From positions 1 to 57,902 of the forward strand of contig CADBPL010000018.1 in assembly GCA_902796535.1 (NCBI GenBank): a DNA stretch of 57,902 nt, written 5' to 3'. Below are positions 51,477 through 57,902 of the stretch, one piece after another (position 1 is the stretch's first letter; each line of letters opens with the position of its first letter). The stretch comes from Oscillospiraceae bacterium (GTDB taxonomy: Bacteria > Bacillota > Clostridia > Oscillospirales > Acutalibacteraceae). A program made the position numbers and the translations under genes. The notes under the pieces were generated by a model. The model did not search any database, was not told the DNA's origin, and saw nothing but the letters and a program-made list of their open reading frames with translations.

Positions 51477-52769
51477 ATGAATCAGAATAATCAATCTGTT
51501 CTGCAAAAGAACAGCTCCGAGCGGATGGCAAGAGTTTATCTGATCCTGTTTGCGGCTTCTGCTGTTCTGACGGTGATCGGCATGATGCTCACGAACGGCC
51601 GTTCCTTTACCGATACGCTGTATTACAGCCGGTATGGCGTGACCGATGCGTTTATGGATTTTTACAATTCCATTCGTGACGCCGGAACCAGAGAGGTTTA
51701 CAAAAAAGGCATCATTTATCCGCCGCTTGCCAATCTGTTCTTCTTTTTTTTGTCCAAGCTGATCGATCCGGCGCTGGTTGCGGCGCCCTTCAAAGAGCGG
51801 TTCCTGATGCAATCCGATATGGTTTGCCAAATGCTTTTGTTCGGTTTTCTGTTTGTTTCACTGGCTCTGACGATCCATCTGATGCGGCAAAAGGCCGGTG
51901 AGCTCCTTCCCGATGGTCTGGCTTGGGTGTTGGCCCTTGCCCTTGCGCTGGCCTACCCGATGCTTTACTGTATTCAGCGCGGCAATCTGGTTTTGCTGAG
52001 TCTGGCGCTGACCATGTTCTTTGTTTTTTACCGCAGCGATGAACGAAAATGGGTCGGCGAACTGAGCCTGATCGCGCTGGCCGTCGCGTCGGGGTTTAAG
52101 CTGTATCCGGCTGTGCTGGGGCTGCTGCTTGTGCGCGATAAAGACTATAAACGCGTCCTGCGCCTGCTCGCCTACGGCTTTGCGTTCACGGTTTTGCCGT
52201 TTTTCTTTTATGACGGATTTGAAAGCATGAAGGATCTGGCGGTCAACCTGCAAACCTTTTCCGAAGCCAAAAGGATCACGCCGGTTTTTGTGACCACCGA
52301 CGTGCTGGCCGCCTATGCCGAAATGGTTCTGCACCTGGATTTTCATATCATGCACTGGCTGCTGTTCCTGCCCATGATGGCGGCTGCCGCTGTGACGGTG
52401 TTCCTGTGCGAAGAGGAATGGAAACGTGTGTTTTGCCTTGTCTATCTGTTTATGAACCTCAATTCAAGCGGCCAGACCTATATTCTGATTTTCCTGCTGA
52501 TCCCGTTTGTTCTGTTCCTGCTTCAGAAGGAACACGAAAAAACCGATTGGCTCTATCTGCTCCTGTTTGCCGTTTTGCTCATTATCGTTCCCAATCTGTA
52601 TTACCGCTTCCTCAACCCGGACGGCGTTTTGCTGCTCAATGAGAGAAAATTTTTGGTTCGCCCCAATCAGCTGCTCGCCGCGCCCGCGCTGCAGGCCATG
52701 ATGCTGCTGATTGCCGTGCAGACGCTCTTCGGGCGATTCGTAAAGAAAAAGAACGCAAACCGCGCCTGA
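51477..52769 (+). CDS. Polytopic membrane protein, possibly a GT-C-fold glycosyltransferase (DUF2029/GT87-like).
   Basis: 430 aa with about 10 or more hydrophobic segments and an early KGIIYPPLANLFFF motif typical of DUF2029-type proteins. RBS GAGGTGA. Confidence 0.45.
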   Translation: MNQNNQSVLQKNSSERMARVYLILFAASAVLTVIGMMLTNGRSFTDTLYYSRYGVTDAFMDFYNSIRDAGTREVYKKGIIYPPLANLFFFFLSKLIDPALVAAPFKERFLMQSDMVCQMLLFGFLFVSLALTIHLMRQKAGELLPDGLAWVLALALALAYPMLYCIQRGNLVLLSLALTMFFVFYRSDERKWVGELSLIALAVASGFKLYPAVLGLLLVRDKDYKRVLRLLAYGFAFTVLPFFFYDGFESMKDLAVNLQTFSEAKRITPVFVTTDVLAAYAEMVLHLDFHIMHWLLFLPMMAAAAVTVFLCEEEWKRVFCLVYLFMNLNSSGQTYILIFLLIPFVLFLLQKEHEKTDWLYLLLFAVLLIIVPNLYYRFLNPDGVLLLNERKFLVRPNQLLAAPALQAMMLLIAVQTLFGRFVKKKNANRA

Positions 52770-52782
52770 AAATGAGGTGTTG

Positions 52783-53502
52783 ATGATGGATGAAACCTTT
52801 GTTCGCTCCGCCATGCTGCTGGGCGAAGACGCAATGAAAAAGCTCAGCGGCAGCCGTGTGCTGCTGTTCGGCGTGGGCGGCGTCGGCTCGGCGGCCGCGG
52901 AATGTCTGGCGCGCAGCGGCGTCGGCAGCGTGGGCCTGTGCGATAACGACGTTGTGTCGCCCTCCAACCTCAACCGCCAGCTTGTCGCGCTTCACTCCAC
53001 CCTGGGGCAGCGCAAAACGAGCGCGGCGGCGCGGCGGATGCGCGATATCAACCCGGCCATTCAGGTGCGGGAATATCCCATTTTTTACGGTACGGAGACT
53101 GCGGATCAGATCGACCTGACCGAATACGATTATATTATCGACGCGATCGATACGGTTTCGGCCAAGCTGCTGCTGATCGAATCCGCCAAAGCGCTGCATA
53201 TTCCGATCATCAGCTGCATGGGCACGGGCAACAAGCTTGACCCGACGGCGCTTTGCGTGACCGATCTGCAAAAAACCAGCGGCTGCCCGCTGGCCAGGGT
53301 CATGCGCTATGAGTTGCGCAAGCGCGGGATCACCTCACTGAAGGTCGTGTTTTCAACCGAACCGCCGATGAAACCGCTGTTTGACCCGCAGGACGCCGGC
53401 GCGCGGCGCGCAACGCCCGGCAGCGTGTCCTTCGTGCCTCCGGTCGCCGGCATGATCGCCGCCGGGGAAGCTGTGAGATACCTTGCCGGGATCCCTGAGT
53501 AA
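52783..53502 (+). CDS. tcdA: tRNA threonylcarbamoyladenosine dehydratase (ThiF/MoeB/HesA family).
   Basis: LLFGVGGVGSAAAECLARSGVGSVGLCDNDVVSPSNLNRQ. The start is ambiguous: GTG 52777, ATG 52783 or ATG 52786 after GAGGTG. Confidence 0.8.
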   Translation: MMDETFVRSAMLLGEDAMKKLSGSRVLLFGVGGVGSAAAECLARSGVGSVGLCDNDVVSPSNLNRQLVALHSTLGQRKTSAAARRMRDINPAIQVREYPIFYGTETADQIDLTEYDYIIDAIDTVSAKLLLIESAKALHIPIISCMGTGNKLDPTALCVTDLQKTSGCPLARVMRYELRKRGITSLKVVFSTEPPMKPLFDPQDAGARRATPGSVSFVPPVAGMIAAGEAVRYLAGIPE

Positions 53503-53541
53503 AGAAAGAAAGGAAGATCGGTTCGCAGTGCCGCACGGTGC

Positions 53542-54918
53542 TTGGGCGGCGTGAACCGCATGACGAATACCATGACTAAAAAACGACCGCGCCTGAGCGC
53601 GACCCGTAAGATCGTGCTGTTCTTTTTGGGCGCCATCCTCATCGGCACCTTTTTGCTCTGCCTGCCCGTTGCGGCGCGCGACGGCAAATGGACGCCGCTG
53701 CTCAGCAGCCTGTTCACGGCCACGAGCGCCACATGCGTGACCGGACTTTCCGTGTTCGACACCTACACGAAGTGGTCGCTTTTCGGTCAGATCGTGATCC
53801 TCATCCTCATTCAGTGCGGCGGGCTTGGCATCATGACCACCATTACGATGTTCGCTGTTTTTGCCAAGCGCCGCATCAGCCTGTATGAGCGAAAAATCCT
53901 CATGCAGTCGGAGGGGACGATGCGCACCGGCGGTGTGATCAAGCTGCTCAAGCGCATCGTGGCCGGCACCTTCCTGTTTGAGGGCGCGGGCGCGGTGCTG
54001 CTGGCGTTTCGGTTTTGTTCCGATCCGCGCTTCGGCTTTTTCCGCGGCTTGTTTTACGCGGTTTTTCACGCTGTTTCCTCATTCTGCAACGCCGGCTTTG
54101 ACCTGATGGGCCGCCTCAGCTCCGGTTCGTCTTTGACGATGTTCGCGGACGATCTGCTGGTGAATCTGACGCTTTCGGCGCTGATCATTGTCGGCGGCAT
54201 CGGCTTTCTTGTGTGGGACGATATTCTGGAAAAAAAGCTGCAGTTCAAGCGCTACACCCTGCAAAGCAAGCTCGTGCTTTCGTTTTCCGCGTTTCTTATC
54301 CTGTTCGGCTGGCTGCTGTTTTTTTTGTTTGAAGAGGACGCCTCCATGGCGCATATGAGCGTGGGGCAGCGGCTGCTTGCGTCGTTTTTTCAGTCTGTTT
54401 CTGCTCGCACGGCGGGCTTTTGCACGGTGGATATGGGCAAGCTTTCGGTTTCGGGCAATCTGCTGATGTCGGCGCTGATGTTCATCGGCGGCAGCCCGGG
54501 TTCCACGGCGGGCGGCGTCAAAACCACCACCGTGGCCGTGCTGATCATTCAGCTGGCCGCCTCCTCACGCGGCAATAAAAACCCCACGGTTTTTAAGCGC
54601 TGCATCGACGATGAAACCGTCAAACGCGCTGCCTCCATCGGCGCGATCTATATCCTGCTTGACCTGTTCGGCACGATGTTCATTGCCGCGGTCGATTCCT
54701 TCCCGCTTCAGGCCATTCTGTTTGAAACCGTGTCTGCCGCCGGTACGGTGGGGCTTTCCACCGGCATCACCTCACAGTTTTCCGCCGCGTCGCAGATCGT
54801 GCTGATCCTGCTGATGTTCTGCGGCCGCATAGGCGGCCTGACCATGATGGTGACCTTTGCCGAAAAGCGCACGAGCATTCCGCTTAAGCGGCCGAACGAG
54901 AGAATTCTCATCGGTTAA
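53542..54918 (+). CDS. TrkH/KtrB-family potassium uptake membrane subunit.
   Basis: 458 aa. LFTATSATCVTGLSV and ILILIQCGGLGIMT are selectivity-filter-like repeats. The start is uncertain (TTG 53542 or ATG 53560). No TrkA/KtrA gene is adjacent. Confidence 0.85.
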   Translation: MGGVNRMTNTMTKKRPRLSATRKIVLFFLGAILIGTFLLCLPVAARDGKWTPLLSSLFTATSATCVTGLSVFDTYTKWSLFGQIVILILIQCGGLGIMTTITMFAVFAKRRISLYERKILMQSEGTMRTGGVIKLLKRIVAGTFLFEGAGAVLLAFRFCSDPRFGFFRGLFYAVFHAVSSFCNAGFDLMGRLSSGSSLTMFADDLLVNLTLSALIIVGGIGFLVWDDILEKKLQFKRYTLQSKLVLSFSAFLILFGWLLFFLFEEDASMAHMSVGQRLLASFFQSVSARTAGFCTVDMGKLSVSGNLLMSALMFIGGSPGSTAGGVKTTTVAVLIIQLAASSRGNKNPTVFKRCIDDETVKRAASIGAIYILLDLFGTMFIAAVDSFPLQAILFETVSAAGTVGLSTGITSQFSAASQIVLILLMFCGRIGGLTMMVTFAEKRTSIPLKRPNERILIG

Positions 54919-54948
54919 GGCCGGCCGTAAAGGGAACAAAAAGCACAG

Positions 54949-54981
54949 GCGCGCAGATCAGGTCGATCCCGATCTGCGCGC
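54949..54981. terminator. Bidirectional hairpin terminator between the convergent K+ transporter and isomerase genes.
   Basis: Perfect 11-bp stem GCGCGCAGATC (54949-54959) / GATCTGCGCGC (54971-54981), followed by ACGATTTTG on the plus strand. Confidence 0.6.
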
Positions 54982-55001
54982 ACGATTTTGATCTTAAAGG
55001 G

Positions 55002-55790
55002 TTAAAGTGTCTTTAAATAAGCCAGCGAGGTTTTGGCGTCCGGGGCAAAATCGTTATAGCGCCCCTCGAGTGAAATGCGTTTTTCCTCGTAGCCGATGGC
55101 GCGGAGCATGGCGAAGAAATCGCTGTAATCCTCACCGTCGTCCGCCTGCGGCACAAGGCGGCCGTTCATCGAGCTGGCAATATGCACGTGCCTGACCCAG
55201 CCCCTGTATTCCTCCAGCCGTTCCAGCGGCTCGTTTTCACTGCGAAAATGGAACAGATCGATGAGCAATTGTATTTCGGGCTTATTGACCGCTTTACAAA
55301 TATCAAAGGCGATTTTTGAATTGTAGACCATATTGCATTCCTGTGTGCGCAGCGGCTCAATGACGCAGATCAGCCCGTGCTTTTTCATCCACGGCGCAAT
55401 GTGCTCGGCGCAGACGAAGCGGAGCTGTTCATAGGCTTTTTCCTTCGGAAACTCCTCCGGGCAGTGCCTGGCGCCGCCGCTGCCGAACACAACGACCCTG
55501 CCGCCGAGCGTGGCGAGGTTTTCAGCGCCCCGGTCGACGTATTCGTCGATTTTTTTGTAATCCACATTCGGCCCGACCAGAGGAAGATCGCCGGGGAACA
55601 TACAGTTTGCCGATTCACACGGCAGGCCGATCTCCTCAAGCTGCTCCCGATACTGCTTCAGGCTGTCGGCGTTTTCGGCAGCCAGATCGCGGAACGACGG
55701 CTCGCAATAATCCGCGCCCGCCAGCTTTCCGTCTAATTGACGCTGCCTGTCCCGGTAGGACATGCAGATCCCGAATCGCATATCTGACAT
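55002..55790 (-). CDS. Sugar phosphate isomerase/epimerase-like TIM-barrel protein (xylose isomerase-like fold).
   Basis: 262 aa. The pattern of conserved E/D/H residues (VIEPL, HVHIAS) fits the AP_endonuc_2 family. RBS GAGGTG. Confidence 0.55.
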   Translation of the reverse strand: MSDMRFGICMSYRDRQRQLDGKLAGADYCEPSFRDLAAENADSLKQYREQLEEIGLPCESANCMFPGDLPLVGPNVDYKKIDEYVDRGAENLATLGGRVVVFGSGGARHCPEEFPKEKAYEQLRFVCAEHIAPWMKKHGLICVIEPLRTQECNMVYNSKIAFDICKAVNKPEIQLLIDLFHFRSENEPLERLEEYRGWVRHVHIASSMNGRLVPQADDGEDYSDFFAMLRAIGYEEKRISLEGRYNDFAPDAKTSLAYLKTL

Positions 55791-55935
55791 AAGTCACCTC
55801 AAAAGATAAAAGTTTGAGCGCCGCAATTTGTGCGGTGCTGTTTTCAATCATTATAAATCAAAGCACCGCAGGTTGCAACCGCTATGATGAAAGAATGGTT
55901 CCAATTCTGTGTTGCTGAATTTGGTTATTTTGCCC

Positions 55936-55999
55936 ATTGACGAACCAAACAGATTTGCTATAATGGGTTACCGGTGCGTAATTCCACAATATCTTGTGG
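55936..55999 (+). promoter_or_regulatory. nrdG promoter with a downstream NrdR box.
   Basis: TTGACG (55936-55941), a 17-nt spacer, then TGcTATAAT (hexamer 55959-55964). The near-palindromic box CCACAATATCTTGTGG (55984-55999) matches the NrdR-box consensus acaCwAtATaTwGtgt. Confidence 0.6.
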
Positions 56000-56015
56000 T
56001 GAAAGGAACGGTTCG

Positions 56016-56711
56016 ATGAACATTTTCGGCCTGCAAAAGCTCTCTCTGCTTGATTTCCCGGGCAAAATGGCCTGCACGGTGTTTACCGGCGGGTGCAATC
56101 TGCGCTGTCCGTTTTGCCACAATGCCTCGCTGGTGACCGGGCTGAGCGAAGTGGAGCCGATTGCCGAGCAGGAGGTTTTCGATCTGCTGAAAAAACGCAG
56201 GGGCATTCTTGAGGGCGTCGCCATCACAGGCGGCGAACCGCTGCTGCAGCCCGACATGGAAGATTTTATTCGCCGCGTGCGGGCGCAGGGCTACGCCGTG
56301 AAGCTGGATACGAACGGCTGTTTTCCCGATCATCTCTCCCGCATCCTCAGCGAAGGCCTCGTTGATTATGTGGCGATGGATATCAAAAACGCGCCGGAAT
56401 CCTATGCCAAAACCGTGGGCGTCGAAGGGTTTGACCTTGCTCCCGTTCAAAAAAGCATCGACCTGCTGATGAACGGCGCGGTTGACTATGAATTCCGCAC
56501 CACGGTCGTGAAGGAGCTGCACAGCGCGGCGGATTTTGAACAAATCGGCCGCTGGCTCAAAGGCGCCAAAAGGCTGTATTTACAGGCGTTCAAGGATTCG
56601 GGCGATCTGATCGGCGGCGGGTTTTCCGCTTACACGCCGGCTCAAATGCAGCAATTCCGCAGCCTTTTGCTGCCCTATATTCCCAACACTTTCTTGCGAG
56701 GTGTCGATTAA
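56016..56711 (+). CDS. nrdG: Anaerobic ribonucleoside-triphosphate reductase activating protein (radical SAM).
   Basis: Start ATG at 56016 behind GAAAGGAAC. LLDFPGKMACTVFTGGCNLRCPFCHN and GVAITGGEPL. Confidence 0.9.
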   Translation: MNIFGLQKLSLLDFPGKMACTVFTGGCNLRCPFCHNASLVTGLSEVEPIAEQEVFDLLKKRRGILEGVAITGGEPLLQPDMEDFIRRVRAQGYAVKLDTNGCFPDHLSRILSEGLVDYVAMDIKNAPESYAKTVGVEGFDLAPVQKSIDLLMNGAVDYEFRTTVVKELHSAADFEQIGRWLKGAKRLYLQAFKDSGDLIGGGFSAYTPAQMQQFRSLLLPYIPNTFLRGVD

Positions 56712-56740
56712 CTTTTTTGGCATATTGTGTGCAATACATC

Positions 56741-56770
56741 TTGACACACCACAATATATTGTGCTACAAT
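56741..56770 (+). promoter_or_regulatory. nrdD promoter with an NrdR box embedded in the spacer.
   Basis: TTGACA (56741-56746), an 18-nt spacer, then TACAAT (56765-56770). The perfect palindrome CACAATATATTGTG (56750-56763) lies between -35 and -10. A half-site ATATTGTGT is at 56722-56730. Confidence 0.65.
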
Positions 56771-56820
56771 GAATATCGGCCTTTGTGAAACACAATTGAC
56801 AGAGTAAGGAGAAGGAAAGC

Positions 56821-57902
56821 ATGTATCAGGTTATCAAGCGCGACGGTCAAATTGCGGAATTTGACATCGCCAAGATCAGCTCCGCCATCCGCAAGGCTTT
56901 TGAAGCCAACGACAAGCAATATAACGACAACATCATCGATCTGCTCGCTCTGCGCGTAACAGCCGACTTTGAGCCAAAAATCAAAGACGGCATGATCAGC
57001 GTGGAGGACGTGCAGGACAGCGTGGAATCCATCCTGATCCAGTCCGGCTATGCTGATGTTGCCAAATCCTACATCCTTTACCGGAAACAGCGCGAGAAGA
57101 TCCGCAACATGAAGTCCACCATCCTCGATTATAAAGAGCTGGTGAACAGCTATGTTCAGGTTACCGACTGGCGCGTCAAAGAGAATTCGACCGTCACCTA
57201 TTCCGTCGGCGGTCTGATTCTGAGCAATTCCGGCGCCATCACCGCCAACTACTGGCTCAGCGAGATTTATGATGATGAGATCGCCAACGCGCACCGCAAC
57301 GCCGATCTTCATCTGCACGATCTTTCCATGCTCACCGGCTACTGCGCCGGCTGGTCGCTCAAGCAGCTCATTCAGGAAGGTCTCGGCGGCGTGACCGGCA
57401 AGATCACGAGCGCCCCGGCAAAGCACCTTGCAACGCTTTGCAACCAGATGGTCAACTTCCTTGGCATCATGCAGAACGAATGGGCGGGCGCGCAGGCGTT
57501 TTCGTCGTTCGACACCTATCTTGCCCCCTTCGTCAAGGCGGACAACCTGACCTATGACGAGACCAAGAAGTGCATCGAATCCTTCATCTACGGCGTGAAC
57601 ACCCCCTCGCGCTGGGGCACGCAGGCGCCGTTTTCCAACATCACGCTGGACTGGACGGTGCCCGACGACCTTGCCGAGCTGAACTGCATCGTCGGCGGCA
57701 AGGAGATGCCGTTCAAATATAAGGACTGCAAAAAAGAGATGGACATGGTCAACAAGGCGTTCATCGAGATCATGATCGAAGGCGACGCCAACGGCCGCGG
57801 CTTCCAGTATCCGATCCCGACCTATTCCATCACCCGCGACTTTGACTGGTCCGAAACCGAAAACAACAAGCTCCTCTTTGAAATGACGAGCAAATACGGC
57901 AC
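56821..57902 (+). CDS. nrdD: Anaerobic ribonucleoside-triphosphate reductase. This is the N-terminal part; the gene runs off the right edge of the window.
   Basis: ATG at 56821 behind AAGGAGAAGGAAAG. Hand translation gives MYQVIKRDGQIAEFDIAKISSAIRKAFEA... (ATP-cone), followed by class III RNR sequence to the window end. Confidence 0.9.
   Translation, partial: MYQVIKRDGQIAEFDIAKISSAIRKAFEANDKQYNDNIIDLLALRVTADFEPKIKDGMISVEDVQDSVESILIQSGYADVAKSYILYRKQREKIRNMKSTILDYKELVNSYVQVTDWRVKENSTVTYSVGGLILSNSGAITANYWLSEIYDDEIANAHRNADLHLHDLSMLTGYCAGWSLKQLIQEGLGGVTGKITSAPAKHLATLCNQMVNFLGIMQNEWAGAQAFSSFDTYLAPFVKADNLTYDETKKCIESFIYGVNTPSRWGTQAPFSNITLDWTVPDDLAELNCIVGGKEMPFKYKDCKKEMDMVNKAFIEIMIEGDANGRGFQYPIPTYSITRDFDWSETENNKLLFEMTSKYG

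Noticed and set aside
53503-53560. A possible c-di-AMP (ydaO/kimA-type) riboswitch in front of the TrkH/KtrB-family K+ transporter.
   Set aside because: The gap after tcdA is only about 40-60 nt, too short for the riboswitch of about 130 nt or more. I saw no pseudo-twofold ACGR/CCC motifs.
1-57902. Mobile elements, a prophage, CRISPR arrays, tRNA/rRNA genes and long direct or inverted repeats bounding an island.
   Set aside because: No transposase, integrase, recombinase or Cas-like translation appears in the ORF track. I saw no tRNA-like T-arm (GGTTCGAxTCC) and no regularly spaced direct repeats. I cannot exclude short or degenerate repeats without a computed self-dotplot.

Overview
This is a 57.9-kb chromosomal window from a high-GC, endospore-forming Firmicute. 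The class Clostridia and an Oscillospiraceae-like affinity are inferred from gene content only (spoVT, ytfJ, DUF2953, dacB, remA). I support about 54 protein-coding genes. By eye I found no rRNA, tRNA, CRISPR array, transposase or integrase.

Positions 23.0-49.2 kb are one long co-directional minus-strand array of conserved housekeeping genes: cdaA-cdaR, a two-component system, DUF1385-prmC, scpA-scpB, ytfJ, dacB, rluB, yicC-remA-gmk-rpoZ-priA-def-fmt-rsmB-rlmN-stp-prkC-rsgA. Many of these genes have overlapping stop and start codons. The right end carries tcdA, a TrkH/KtrB-type K+ transporter, and nrdG plus nrdD, each behind its own NrdR-box promoter.

The left 23 kb is more accessory-like and holds the most interesting material:
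- A 1188-aa secreted LRR protein built from about 15 tandem His+3Cys modules. It has its own consensus promoter and a strong terminator.
- Directly upstream on the same strand, a soluble S24/S26-type peptidase, an ABC exporter and a lipoprotein, with no visible substrate gene.
- Two diverged secreted neutral-ceramidase-like paralogs. One is coupled to a membrane-anchored calcineurin-like phosphoesterase, and an LCAT-like lipase and an orphan Sfp-type PPTase lie nearby.
- A divergent triad of SDR/NAD(P)-binding genes.

All functional calls rest on motifs I could read in the supplied translations. No database search was run. The novel-system proposals are inferences that need HMM, structure and wet-lab checks.
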